Shown here piece after piece: positions 42,959-53,325 of a stretch of 64,000 nucleotides of DNA; the stretch's first letter is position 1, and every line of letters starts with the position of its first letter. A program made the translations under genes and the position numbers. Below the pieces are notes generated by a model. That model searched no databases. It worked only from the letters and a program-made list of their open reading frames with translations, and was not told the DNA's origin. The DNA is from an uncultured Alphaproteobacteria bacterium (GTDB taxonomy: Bacteria; Pseudomonadota; Alphaproteobacteria; HIMB59): NCBI GenBank assembly GCA_902529795.1, contig CABZXY010000001.1, forward strand, positions 75,306 to 139,305. The letters are read 5' to 3'.

Positions 42959-45709
42959 CTAGGCACTACAAGTTAAACAATCTTCTGGTTCATTGGATTG
43001 TGCCTCTTTTACATAAGATTCTTTTGCTTTTTTCTCTGATGAAACAGTCACTTTAACTGCATCAACAGCTGAACGGCTACGGAGATAATACATTCCGGTT
43101 TTTAAGCCTTTTTTCCAGGCATACATATGCATGGAGTTGACCTTTCCAAAAGTAGGTGTGGCTAACCATAAGTTCATCGATTGGGTTTGGTCAATAAATG
43201 GAGCACGATCAGCAGCCATATCAATAACTGTTTTTTGTGATGTCTCCCAAACTGTTTTGTAGGTTTCTTTCAAATCTTCAGGAAAACCCTCAATATTTTG
43301 AACAGATCCATTCTCTAAAATAATTTGATCTCGTAACTCTTTACTCCAAAGATCTCGTTTCATCAACTCTTTAACCAGGTAGCGATTAACTAATAAAAAT
43401 TCTCCTGAAAGAGTTTGTCTTTTGTAAATATTAGATGTTTGAACTTGGAATGTTTCGGTATTACCTAAGATAATTCCAGTAGAAGCAGTTGGCATGCAAG
43501 CAGTAGTCAGTGAGTTACGAACACCATGCTTTTGAATTTTTTCCATTAAACCTTTCCAATCCCACATGTTAGACGGTTTTACACCCCAAAGGTCAAATTG
43601 GAATTGCCCTTGAGATAAAGGCGAGCCTTGGAAAGTAGAATAAGCACCTTTCTCCGCTGCTAGTTCCATAGATGCTTCAAGAGCACCAAAATATATGGTC
43701 TCAAAAATTTGTTTGTTGATGATTTGAGCTTGAACAGAGTCATAAGGGATATTCATTTTAAAATATACATCTGCTAATCCTTGAATACCTAAACCAATAG
43801 GACGATGACGACTGTTTGAATTTTCTGTTTTGTCGGTTGGATAGAAATTAATATCAATTACTTGATCTAAGTTCTTGGTAGCTAACTTGGCTACCTGATA
43901 AAGATCTTGATAATCATATTTGCCCTCATCAGTTACAAATTTAGGTAGAGCGATAGAAGCTAGATTACAAACAGCAGTTTCATCTTTTTCAGAATACTCG
44001 ACGATTTCTGCGCATAAATTGGAAGACTTAATTACACCAATATTTTTTTGGTTAGACTTATTATTAATTGAGTCTTTATATAACATATAAGGCTGGCCTG
44101 TTTCGATTTGAGCTTCAATAATCTTTGACATGAGCGCTCGTGCTTTTACTTTTTTCAGATCAGGCATTTCTTTTTCATATTTGGTGTAAAGCTCCTCAAA
44201 GGCAGTACCGTAAGTATTGGATAAACCCGGACATTCATGTTCGCTCATCAGCGTCCACTCACCATCTTCTTCTACACGTCGCATGAACAAATCAGGTATC
44301 CATAAAGCATAGAATAGATCTCTAGCGCGGAATTCCTCAGCGCCTGTATTTTTACGAAGTTCTAAAAAGGCTTCAATATCAGCATGCCAAGGCTCTAAAT
44401 AGACTGCAAAAGAACCCTTTCTTTTACCGCCTCCCTGATCAACAGATCGAGCGGTTTCATTGAAAATTTTCAAGAAAGGAATAAGACCGTTGGATTTTCC
44501 ATTAGTGGATTTGATACGACTACCGCCTGCTCTCACATTATGAGCGTGTAGGCCTATACCACCAGCTGTCTTAGAAATTAGGGCACAATCTTTGACCGTA
44601 TTAAAAATACCTTCAATGGAGTCATCTTCCATTCCAATCAAAAAACAAGAGGAGAGTTGCTGCATTTTTAGGCCACTATTAAAGAGCGTAGGAGTGGCGT
44701 GAGTATAGAGTCCTTGAGATAAACTGTCATAAGTTTTTTTCACCTGATAGAAATCAAATTTATCTCCAGATACACACAGTGCGACACGCATCCATAGGTC
44801 CTGCGGGCGCTCAATGACTTTACTATTAAATTGTAAGAGGTAGGCTCTAAAAAGTGTGGTTAAAGCAAAATAATCAAAAAGATAATCACGATCGTAGTCA
44901 ATAATTTTTTCTATCTCTTCTGCATTGGCCATAACTTTTTGATGGTACTCTTCACGCAGAAGACCATCTTCAAATAAATTTTTCGTTGCAATAACAAATC
45001 CAGGTGTTTCTTTATGAAGAGCGTTGGCTTTAATTCGACCAGCTAAATAAGAGTAGTCCGGATGTTCCACTGTTAAAGCTGCAGCGGTCTCGGCTAAATA
45101 TGTATCAATTTCATTTGTGGTAATTCCATCATACAAACCTTGGATTGCTTTTTGCGCGATGGTAATTGGATCGATTTCTAATCCATTAGATAGAACGGAA
45201 ATTCGATTTGTAATTTTCTCTAAAGAGATATCTTCTTTGTTGCCATCTCTTTTGGTAACTGCCATTGTTGAAACTTTGGCGCCAACCTGCTCATTGAGCT
45301 TTGCTGTCTTGTATCGTTGTTTAGCACGCTGTTCACGGTAGAGAACATAGGCTCTGGCTACTTTATGATGTTCGCCACGCATTAAGGCTAATTCCACTTG
45401 ATCTTGGATATCCTCAATGTGGATCATATCGCCATTAGCAATACGACGAGTAAGAGCTCCAGTTACCGTTTCGGTGATATCATTAATTGTTTGATCAATT
45501 TTGCCATTGTCACGAATATCAGTTTGAGCAAGGAATGCTTTTCTAATCGCGTTGGCAATTTTATCTGATTTAAAAGGGGTAATTGAGCCGTCACGCCTTA
45601 CAACGCTTAAACTCAGTAGATTTATCTCTTCATTTTGTTTGTTGACGACTGTATTTTTAGTTGAATTCTCTATATTTTCTGCGTTATTTGTTTCCATTTT
45701 ACCTACCAA
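42959..45709 (-). CDS. nrdA: Class I ribonucleotide reductase large subunit with two ATP-cones (alternative start ATG 45697)
   Basis: ATPTLFN, SSCFL, SNLCAEI, VCNLAS, LKTGMYYLRS, C-terminal CLTCSA. Confidence 0.96.
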   Translation of the reverse strand: MVGKMETNNAENIENSTKNTVVNKQNEEINLLSLSVVRRDGSITPFKSDKIANAIRKAFLAQTDIRDNGKIDQTINDITETVTGALTRRIANGDMIHIEDIQDQVELALMRGEHHKVARAYVLYREQRAKQRYKTAKLNEQVGAKVSTMAVTKRDGNKEDISLEKITNRISVLSNGLEIDPITIAQKAIQGLYDGITTNEIDTYLAETAAALTVEHPDYSYLAGRIKANALHKETPGFVIATKNLFEDGLLREEYHQKVMANAEEIEKIIDYDRDYLFDYFALTTLFRAYLLQFNSKVIERPQDLWMRVALCVSGDKFDFYQVKKTYDSLSQGLYTHATPTLFNSGLKMQQLSSCFLIGMEDDSIEGIFNTVKDCALISKTAGGIGLHAHNVRAGGSRIKSTNGKSNGLIPFLKIFNETARSVDQGGGKRKGSFAVYLEPWHADIEAFLELRKNTGAEEFRARDLFYALWIPDLFMRRVEEDGEWTLMSEHECPGLSNTYGTAFEELYTKYEKEMPDLKKVKARALMSKIIEAQIETGQPYMLYKDSINNKSNQKNIGVIKSSNLCAEIVEYSEKDETAVCNLASIALPKFVTDEGKYDYQDLYQVAKLATKNLDQVIDINFYPTDKTENSNSRHRPIGLGIQGLADVYFKMNIPYDSVQAQIINKQIFETIYFGALEASMELAAEKGAYSTFQGSPLSQGQFQFDLWGVKPSNMWDWKGLMEKIQKHGVRNSLTTACMPTASTGIILGNTETFQVQTSNIYKRQTLSGEFLLVNRYLVKELMKRDLWSKELRDQIILENGSVQNIEGFPEDLKETYKTVWETSQKTVIDMAADRAPFIDQTQSMNLWLATPTFGKVNSMHMYAWKKGLKTGMYYLRSRSAVDAVKVTVSSEKKAKESYVKEAQSNEPEDCLTCSA

Positions 45710-45733
45710 GTTCGTGTATATCCTCGCAAAAAA

Positions 45734-45781
45734 TCACTAGATCTAGTGTCTCTTGCCTAGTGACTATACAATCTATAGACA
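45734..45781 (-). promoter_or_regulatory. Tandem NrdR boxes
   Basis: ACACTAGATCTAGTGA (45749-45734) and TGTCTATAGATTGTAT (45781-45766), 32 bp apart, matching acaCwAtATaTwGtg upstream of nrdA. Confidence 0.8.
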
Positions 45782-46047
45782 AAGATAGTCAATTTATTTT
45801 GTATTTAATTCTCAAAAGCCAATAAATTCAAATGGAATTTGATGCTTAAGCTAAGACTTATTAAATAAATATTCACAGGTTTTTATCAATTTTTTTCTGC
45901 AGGGCGAATATTCGATTCACCGACATAAAAGATTAATAAAATCAGGCAAATTTTTTGGCCCGATTCGTCAATTCCATTTAAAAATTTTGGCAGAGTTTAT
46001 GATCATTTTTCATTGGACCTCTTGGAGGAAAGCATTATTTTCATCGG

Positions 46048-46998
46048 GTGAAAAAAATATTAGGAGTGGGCACAGCCCTTGTTGATGTTATCTGCCAAGT
46101 GGAAGATAACACTATATCTGCCCTCAACCTTACTAAAGGTTCTATGACATTAATTGAGGAGTCTCAGATTCAAGAAATTCGTTCAAATTTTGACAGTCCC
46201 CTTATTACCTCTGGTGGATCGGTTTGTAATACAATCCATGAATTAAATTATACCTCTCATGAGGCAGCATTTTATGGCAAGGTGAATGAGGACGAGTACG
46301 GACAGGCATTTATTCAAGATTTAGAGAATGCAAAAATTGCTTATAAGGGAGTGATCAAACAAAATGATCTTCCCACCGGCTGTTGTAATATACTTGTTTC
46401 TCCAGACGGGGAGAGAACAATGGCAACCCATATAGGTATCGGCTCTCAGCTTCATCCTGATGAGTTATCTGAAGACAGTCTTCAAGGTATTGATCACATT
46501 TATATGGAGTCGTATTTGTGGGACCATGATTTAACAAAACAAACTTTAAAAAAAGTAGGAAAGATTGCAAAGGCAAATAACATTGAAACTTCATTATCTC
46601 TTTCCGATCCTTTTTGTGTTGATCGTCATCGTGATGAACTAAAAAAATTTATTGAAGAATATGTTGATCTTGTTTTTTGTAATTTTGATGAAGGTAAAAT
46701 GTTTGCTCAAAGTGAGACCATGGCAGATGTCTCAGCTTTCTTTCAATCTTTTGGTAAGAAAATTGCAATGACCGCGAGTGCTGAGGGCGCATACTATTTT
46801 CATGGAGAAACCGTAGCACATCAGCCAGCTCAAAAAATTGAACAGGTCATTGATACAACAGGGGCAGGTGATAATTTTGCAGCTGGCTTTCTTGATCAAT
46901 ATTTATCAGACAAAACAATTGATGAGGCCTTAGCCCAAGGTAATGCTCGTGCTGGCGAGGTTATCCAACAGCTAGGCCCCAGAATAAAAAGACATTGA
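46048..46998 (+). CDS. PfkB family kinase, adenosine kinase-like
   Basis: KGSMTLI, SGGSVCNT, DGERTM, LSDPFCVDRHR, DTTGAGD; upstream of ahcY. Confidence 0.85.
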   Translation: MKKILGVGTALVDVICQVEDNTISALNLTKGSMTLIEESQIQEIRSNFDSPLITSGGSVCNTIHELNYTSHEAAFYGKVNEDEYGQAFIQDLENAKIAYKGVIKQNDLPTGCCNILVSPDGERTMATHIGIGSQLHPDELSEDSLQGIDHIYMESYLWDHDLTKQTLKKVGKIAKANNIETSLSLSDPFCVDRHRDELKKFIEEYVDLVFCNFDEGKMFAQSETMADVSAFFQSFGKKIAMTASAEGAYYFHGETVAHQPAQKIEQVIDTTGAGDNFAAGFLDQYLSDKTIDEALAQGNARAGEVIQQLGPRIKRH

Positions 46999-47055
46999 AA
47001 AATATGACTAAATCGTGTTTTATCATTATTAATCTAGCCACTAAAGGAGGACGCA

Positions 47056-48336
47056 TTGGATTATAAAGTAAAAGATATCTCTCAGCATGCTTTTGGGAGA
47101 CAAGAAATAGAAATAGCCGAAACTGAAATGCCAGGATTGATGGCTATTCGTGAACAGTACGGTGACTCGAAACCTCTGGCTGGAGCAAACATTATGGGCT
47201 GTTTACATATGACTATTCAAACTGCTGTTCTGATTGAGACACTTGTTGCTTTGGGTGCAAAGTGTCGATGGAGTTCATGTAATATCTATTCAACCCAAGA
47301 TCATGCAGCAGCAGCTATTGCTCAAAGTGGTACTCCTGTTTTTGCATGGAAGGGGATGAGTGAAGAAGAGTTTTGGTGGTGTATCGATCAAACTATTGAA
47401 GCGGATGGTTGGGTGCCCAACATGATTTTAGATGATGGTGGCGACTTAACGTTGCGTCTGCATGAAAAATATCCTGAGTTATTAAAAAACATTAAAGGCT
47501 TATCTGAAGAGACTACCACAGGTGTTCTTCGACTAGAGCAGATGGTTGAAAAAGGAACGTTGCAAGTTCCTGCTATCAATGTGAATGACTCCGTTACAAA
47601 AAGTAAGTTTGATAATCTGTATGGATGTAAAGAAAGTTTAGTAGATGGTATTCGTCGTGGTACGGATGTCATGATGGCAGGCAAAGTTGCTGTCGTAGCA
47701 GGCTTTGGCGACGTTGGTAAAGGAAGTGCTGCTAGTTTACGTGGAGCTGGTGCGCGCGTTCAAGTAACAGAGGTCGATCCAATTTGTGCACTGCAAGCGG
47801 CAATGGAAGGGTATGAAGTAGTGACCATGGATGATGCTTGTAAGTATGCAGATATCTTTGTCACGGCTACAGGGAACAAAGATATTATTACCCAAGACCA
47901 TATGAGAGAAATGAAAGACCGAGCCATTGTTTGTAATATCGGTCACTTCGATAATGAAATTCAAATTGAGTCTCTTCAAAATTACAAATGGGAAGAAATT
48001 AAACCTCAAGTGGACCAAGTAACTTTTCCTGATGGTAAAAAATTAATCATTCTTTCTAAAGGTCGTTTGGTGAACTTAGGAAATGCTACGGGTCATCCAA
48101 GTTTTGTGATGAGCGCTTCTTTTTCTAATCAGGTCTTAGCTCAAATGGAGCTTTGGAAAAACCACCAAAACTATGAAAACAAAGTCTATGTTTTGCCGAA
48201 AAAATTGGATGAAATGGTAGCTATGTTCCACCTCAAAAAAGTAGGAGCTAAATTAACCGAAATGTCCAAAGAGCAAAGCGATTATATTGGCGTTGAACAA
48301 CAAGGACCATTTAAGAAAGATACATATAGGTATTAA
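47056..48336 (+). CDS. ahcY: Adenosylhomocysteinase
   Basis: [41 protein letters not shown]. Confidence 0.97.
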   Translation: MDYKVKDISQHAFGRQEIEIAETEMPGLMAIREQYGDSKPLAGANIMGCLHMTIQTAVLIETLVALGAKCRWSSCNIYSTQDHAAAAIAQSGTPVFAWKGMSEEEFWWCIDQTIEADGWVPNMILDDGGDLTLRLHEKYPELLKNIKGLSEETTTGVLRLEQMVEKGTLQVPAINVNDSVTKSKFDNLYGCKESLVDGIRRGTDVMMAGKVAVVAGFGDVGKGSAASLRGAGARVQVTEVDPICALQAAMEGYEVVTMDDACKYADIFVTATGNKDIITQDHMREMKDRAIVCNIGHFDNEIQIESLQNYKWEEIKPQVDQVTFPDGKKLIILSKGRLVNLGNATGHPSFVMSASFSNQVLAQMELWKNHQNYENKVYVLPKKLDEMVAMFHLKKVGAKLTEMSKEQSDYIGVEQQGPFKKDTYRY

Positions 48337-48338
48337 CC

Positions 48339-49511
48339 ATGAGAAATGATTACATTTTTACTTCTGAGTCCGTTTCTGAAGGACACCCCGACAAAGTATC
48401 TGATCGTATCTCTGATATGGTCGTTGACCATTTCATTGCAAAAGATCCTTTTGCAAGGGTGGCTTGTGAAACTCTGACAACCACCAATAAGGTTGTACTG
48501 GCTGGAGAAATTCGAGGACCAGTTCAAGAAGACAAAGATGAAATCATCTCTGAAGTAAGAGACTGCATTAAAGATATCGGATATGAGCAAGATGGCTTCC
48601 ATTGGCAAAATGCTGATGTCCAATATTTACTTCACGGTCAATCAGCCGATATAGCCATGGGTGTCGACTCCTCTGCTGACAAAGATGAGGGCGCGGGGGA
48701 TCAGGGAATTATGTTTGGTTATGCTTGTACAGAAACTCCTGAATTGATGCCAGCACCAATTTATTATTCTCATAAAATTTTAGAACTAATGGCAAAGGGA
48801 CGCAAAGATGGTTCTCTTAAAGGGCTCGAGCCTGACTCTAAAAGCCAGGTAACCTTAAAATATGTTAACGGCCAACCAAGCGCTGTTACTTCAGTTGTTA
48901 TTTCTACTCAGCATGCAGAAGGTCTTTCCCCTGCAGCAGTGAAAGAAATAGTCACCCCTGTTTTAAACGAGTCAATTCCTGCAAACTTACTCGAAGGTCT
49001 TTCCGATAGCGAATACTATGTCAACCCGACAGGAAACTTTGTGATTGGCGGACCTGATGGCGATACAGGTTTAACCGGCAGAAAAATTATTGTTGATACT
49101 TACGGTGGAGCCGCTCCTCATGGCGGTGGTGCATTCTCAGGAAAAGATCCAACTAAAGTTGATCGCTCTGCCGCCTATGCTGCTCGATATCTTGCTAAAA
49201 ATATTGTAGCTGCAGGTCTCAGTACTCAGTGCACTATTCAATTATCTTATGCTATTGGTGTAGCAAAGCCTTTGTCGATTTATGTAAATACACAAGGAAC
49301 AAACACCATTGATGAAGCAAAAATTGAAGCGGCTATCCCAGAGATTATGAACTTATCTCCAAAAGGAATACGTGAGAAACTTCAGTTAAATAAGGCTATT
49401 TATGAGCAAACAGCTGCTTACGGTCATTTTGGAAGAAAACATGACAGTGGCACAGGGGCGTTTTCTTGGGAAGCTTTAGATTTAGTTTCTGACTTTAAGT
49501 CTCTCGCATAA
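48339..49511 (+). CDS. metK: S-adenosylmethionine synthetase
   Basis: [33 protein letters not shown]. Confidence 0.97.
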   Translation: MRNDYIFTSESVSEGHPDKVSDRISDMVVDHFIAKDPFARVACETLTTTNKVVLAGEIRGPVQEDKDEIISEVRDCIKDIGYEQDGFHWQNADVQYLLHGQSADIAMGVDSSADKDEGAGDQGIMFGYACTETPELMPAPIYYSHKILELMAKGRKDGSLKGLEPDSKSQVTLKYVNGQPSAVTSVVISTQHAEGLSPAAVKEIVTPVLNESIPANLLEGLSDSEYYVNPTGNFVIGGPDGDTGLTGRKIIVDTYGGAAPHGGGAFSGKDPTKVDRSAAYAARYLAKNIVAAGLSTQCTIQLSYAIGVAKPLSIYVNTQGTNTIDEAKIEAAIPEIMNLSPKGIREKLQLNKAIYEQTAAYGHFGRKHDSGTGAFSWEALDLVSDFKSLA

Positions 49512-49955
49512 TTGAGCCTTAGTTTTACTATTAACCAAGAGTCTGAACTTACAGATTTAGTAGATAAATTATCTCCTATATTACAACATCAACAAATACT
49601 TTTTTTTGAGGGTGAAGTCGGATCAGGGAAAACAACATTAATTAGATATTTACTCAAATCTTTAGCCATAAAAGCAAATCAAGATTTTCATTTTTTGGGT
49701 AGCCCTACATATCAGCGAGAACATCATTATAATTTAAAGAAACTCAACTTAATTCATTTTGATTTTTATCAAGTTGATCAAAAAACACATATTGATTTAG
49801 AAGATTATTTTATGAATAACTGTTTATTAATTGAATGGCCTTTAGAAGATTTAAAAAAAAGATATCTTCCTGATACAATGTTGATTAAGATTAATATAAA
49901 AGAACAAAAACGTATTATTGAGATAAGTTCACCAAACTCCAAATGGCTTCCCTAA
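49512..49955 (+). CDS. tsaE: t6A biosynthesis ATPase TsaE
   Basis: GEVGSGKTT, SPTY, HFDFY, LIEWP. Confidence 0.85.
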   Translation: MSLSFTINQESELTDLVDKLSPILQHQQILFFEGEVGSGKTTLIRYLLKSLAIKANQDFHFLGSPTYQREHHYNLKKLNLIHFDFYQVDQKTHIDLEDYFMNNCLLIEWPLEDLKKRYLPDTMLIKINIKEQKRIIEISSPNSKWLP

Positions 49956-50911
49956 ATAAATCAAACTTATCAAAAGTAAAAAAACAATTATTAAATAAAA
50001 ATATTAAAACAGGTGGCCAACTTAAGTTTAATCCTGATGCCTCAAATAAAATTTTTCAACTTTGCAAAACAGGAAAAAAAACATTTCTTTTATTATCCTT
50101 TCAAAATAATCCAGTGGAGTATCAAAGATATTTAAGAGCTGACCATGCTCTTTACTCACAGGGAGTTCTCACACCCTCGGTTATTGAAAAAAATCCTACT
50201 CACAAGTATTTGTTAATGGAATATTTTCCAATCAATAATGCCTCAAAGTATTATAAAAAAGAGGAATTAAAAAATATTTTCCCTCAAGCAATTAAAACCT
50301 TAAAACTTTTACAACAGCCAAGAAAAAGATTTTCAGGTGTCCCCATCAAACCTTTTAATAATCTCACAAGAAACGCATCGAAGGGAATAGAGACTTATAT
50401 CGAATACTTCGATTATAAAATTCAAATAGGCTACTATCTTAATCGACTTATTCAAAAATCATTGAAAAATAACTTTATTTCGTTGAATAAATACAAACCC
50501 ACTCTTACACATGGAGATTTTTTTCTGGAAAACTTCATTTACTATCAAAAAGATCTCTATCTTATCGATCATCAAGACCTTCACTACAATCACCCATATC
50601 TCGATATTGCCTCCCTGATATTTGATGCTCGACGATTGTATTCATCTCAAACAGAGGACATGTTAATTCGAAATTATGCAAAGAAACTAAATCTCTCTCT
50701 AGTTGATTTTCGATCTGATATTCATTTAGTCAGTCTCGCCCGAAATCTTCGAATTTTAGGAAACTGGGTGAATTTATACCGATCAGGAAAAACCCAATAT
50801 CTAAAAAAATATCGAAAAAATACATGGCTGCAAATATTAAAGCATGTTGAGTATCTTCGTTTCTGGGATTTAAGAGAACTATTTAACGAAATTTATAACA
50901 AAACCAAATAA
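49943..50911 (+). CDS. APH-family phosphotransferase, AmgK-like (divergent)
   Basis: PDASNK, HGDFFLEN, IDHQD, LDIASL, RNLRILG; tsaE-amgK-murU synteny. Confidence 0.7.
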   Translation: MASLNKSNLSKVKKQLLNKNIKTGGQLKFNPDASNKIFQLCKTGKKTFLLLSFQNNPVEYQRYLRADHALYSQGVLTPSVIEKNPTHKYLLMEYFPINNASKYYKKEELKNIFPQAIKTLKLLQQPRKRFSGVPIKPFNNLTRNASKGIETYIEYFDYKIQIGYYLNRLIQKSLKNNFISLNKYKPTLTHGDFFLENFIYYQKDLYLIDHQDLHYNHPYLDIASLIFDARRLYSSQTEDMLIRNYAKKLNLSLVDFRSDIHLVSLARNLRILGNWVNLYRSGKTQYLKKYRKNTWLQILKHVEYLRFWDLRELFNEIYNKTK

Positions 50912-51556
50912 ATGGATGTATTAATTTTAGCTGCAGGGTTGGGCACGAGAATGGGAGACTTAACCAAAGATCTTCCCAAGCCATTATTGCCTGTTAAAGG
51001 TAAGCCTCTGATCGATTATGCTTTTAACTTAATTGAGCCCTTGCAGACGAAAAATATTTTTGTCAATACGCATTACCATGCAGATCTTATTCAATTACAT
51101 ATCAGTAAAAATTATGAAAATATAAAAATATCATTCGAACCAGAGATTTTAGGAACGGGTGGGGGAATAAAAAAAATTCATCAAAACGATCTTCTTGTTT
51201 TAAATACTGATAATCTCTGGCAGGCACAATTTGCTCAAGAGATAAAAAGTGCTTGGGATCATTTTCAAAATAATCTAAATATCGACAATTTACTCTTAAC
51301 TAGATCAAAGAGTGATTTTTATGATCTTGAAATTTTACCCAATCAATCTATTCAATTTCCTTCTAATCAATGTAATGCTCAATTCCAAGGTTGTCATTTT
51401 ATTCGACAAGGCGTTTTAGAAAATTATCCAGATAAATTTAATATCCCCTCTTATTGGGATAAGTGTTCCAAAGAAAATAAATTATTTAGTTTTATGACGA
51501 CAACAGAAAACACCCACATAGGTACAAAAGATTTATATTTGAAATACTCAAACTGA
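50912..51556 (+). CDS. Nucleotidyltransferase, MurU-like
   Basis: LAAGLGTRM..LT..LPKPL, NTHY, LGTGGG, NTD. Confidence 0.8.
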   Translation: MDVLILAAGLGTRMGDLTKDLPKPLLPVKGKPLIDYAFNLIEPLQTKNIFVNTHYHADLIQLHISKNYENIKISFEPEILGTGGGIKKIHQNDLLVLNTDNLWQAQFAQEIKSAWDHFQNNLNIDNLLLTRSKSDFYDLEILPNQSIQFPSNQCNAQFQGCHFIRQGVLENYPDKFNIPSYWDKCSKENKLFSFMTTTENTHIGTKDLYLKYSN

Positions 51557-51572
51557 GTCCTATATATAAAGT

Positions 51573-51899
51573 ATGGCAATAGAACAAATCAAAGATGCTG
51601 ATTTTCAGCAAAGTGTATTAGATAGCTCAAACAATCAACCAGTTTTAGTCGATTTTTGGGCAGAGTGGTGTGGCCCATGTAAGGCCCTAGGCCCAATTTT
51701 AGAAAACATCGCATTAGAGTTTGAGGGCAAAGTTGCAGTAAAAAAAATTAACATTGACGAAAATCCTGAGTCGCCAGCTAACTTCGGAATTCGAAGTATT
51801 CCAACAATCATCATGTTTAAAAACGGCACTGTGGCAGATACGAAAATAGGATTAAGTTCTGAGGCAGATCTAAAAAACTGGATTAATACTCAACTCTAA
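51573..51899 (+). CDS. trxA: Thioredoxin
   Basis: DFWAEWCGPCK, IRSIPT. Confidence 0.96.
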   Translation: MAIEQIKDADFQQSVLDSSNNQPVLVDFWAEWCGPCKALGPILENIALEFEGKVAVKKINIDENPESPANFGIRSIPTIIMFKNGTVADTKIGLSSEADLKNWINTQL

Positions 51900-51902
51900 G
51901 TT

Positions 51903-53189
51903 TTAAGTTAGCTGTTCCAAAGGAAAGGAGCTGAGCTGCTCAAGTCCATTGGCTGTGACACGATATTGGTCTTCAAGTTTGACGCCTTCTTTTCCACCCA
52001 CTTCACCAATATAGGTTTCAACGCAAATGGTCATATTTTCTTCAAAATGACTTGAAAAATCAGCGTTTGAAAAATCTTCATTAGGATACGCAATAAAAGG
52101 CCATTCATCACATAGGCCAATTCCATGAACCATACAGGGGTAATGATTGTCATAACAATTATCAGGTAATTTCCAAGCCTTTTCAGCAAATTCTCTAAAG
52201 TTGGTGCCAGCTTTGATAAGCCCTTTATTATGTTGAATGTGTTCATTGGCAAGTGAGTACAGCCTTCTTTGTTCATCATTGAATCTACCCCCCTCAATAA
52301 ATGTTCGAGAAATATCTGCGCAGTAACCGTAAGGCCCTACCATGTCCGTATCAAATGCAACAAGATCTCCTGGTTCAATTACCCTATTACTACACTCCTG
52401 AAGCCAGGGATTGGTACGAGGACCAGATACTAGCAATCGTGTTTCAAACCATTCGCCACCATTTTCGATGTTGGTTTTATGCATATAAGACCACAACTCT
52501 TCTTCAGTCATCCCTGCTTGAAGCTTTTCTTTCATAAGCCACATCCCTTTTTCCGCAGTTTCAATCGATGCTTTCATGCAGACTAATTCATCTTCTGATT
52601 TAATAGAACGGGCGGTTTCTAAAAATTTTTGTGCATTTAATAAATTGACACTAAATTGTTTTAGTAGCGTTTGAATGCCAACAGGATCAGAGACATCTAT
52701 AGCCAAACGATTATTTGCAGGAGAGTGCTCTTTCATTAAATCTTGAACCATGCCTGCCCATTGTTTTGCATTTTTATCTACATAATTATTCGCAGAAAAA
52801 AAATCCCAACTGACTACACTTCGAGTTTCATCAATAGTGCAGAGATGCTCTGACAGATGTTCACTTTTTGGATAATCGAATAAAATTACTTTACCTTCAG
52901 CGCTGATAAAAACGAAACGAACTAATTCATGCATTGTAAATAAACTCATGTTCCTACTGTCTGTTGCATAACGAATATTAATGGGATCAAATAATATACA
53001 GGCACCAACATCATTTTTTTGAAGTTGTTCAATTACTCTATTTAGACGATACATTCTGAGTTGATCAAAATTAATTTGATCCTCATATAAATAAGGTTTG
53101 AACTGCTGAGTACCGACCTTTTGATTGATGACTTCTGAGAATTTAGGCCCAATTTTTCTACTGGCAAATTTACTGGCGAAATTACTCAT
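51903..53189 (-). CDS. dddP: M24-family protein, DddP (DMSP lyase)-like
   Basis: FDPINIRYATDSRNM, GGEWFETRLLVSGPRTNPWLQEC, FDTDMVGPYGYCADISRT, YPCMVHGIGLCDEWP, KLEDQ. Confidence 0.65.
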   Translation of the reverse strand: MSNFASKFASRKIGPKFSEVINQKVGTQQFKPYLYEDQINFDQLRMYRLNRVIEQLQKNDVGACILFDPINIRYATDSRNMSLFTMHELVRFVFISAEGKVILFDYPKSEHLSEHLCTIDETRSVVSWDFFSANNYVDKNAKQWAGMVQDLMKEHSPANNRLAIDVSDPVGIQTLLKQFSVNLLNAQKFLETARSIKSEDELVCMKASIETAEKGMWLMKEKLQAGMTEEELWSYMHKTNIENGGEWFETRLLVSGPRTNPWLQECSNRVIEPGDLVAFDTDMVGPYGYCADISRTFIEGGRFNDEQRRLYSLANEHIQHNKGLIKAGTNFREFAEKAWKLPDNCYDNHYPCMVHGIGLCDEWPFIAYPNEDFSNADFSSHFEENMTICVETYIGEVGGKEGVKLEDQYRVTANGLEQLSSFPLEQLT

Positions 53190-53325
53190 TTAATAAAATC
53201 TAATCACGATTTTTTTAAAAAGCAAAAGATAATCTTTGAATTTTGGCACCATATTTTTTATCTTTTGAACTAGAATTTCGAGAATTTCCGTATTAGAGTT
53301 TTGAGAAATTTGGAGGGATTTTAAG

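Noticed and set aside
41696-45709. Prophage or viral island suggested by the virus-like RNR and glutaredoxin
   Set aside because: No structural, integrase or other phage genes; host-type NrdR boxes present; flanks are housekeeping genes
45782-47055. SAM/SAH riboswitch before adenosine kinase or ahcY-metK
   Set aside because: No recognisable SAM-II, SAM-V, SAM-SAH or SAH consensus by eye; an Infernal search would be decisive
53190-53325. SAM-V riboswitch or sigma-54 promoter upstream of bhmT
   Set aside because: TTTGAAC and AAAGCAAAAG fragments occur in the wrong order for SAM-V; TGGCAC is not followed by a TTGC -12 element
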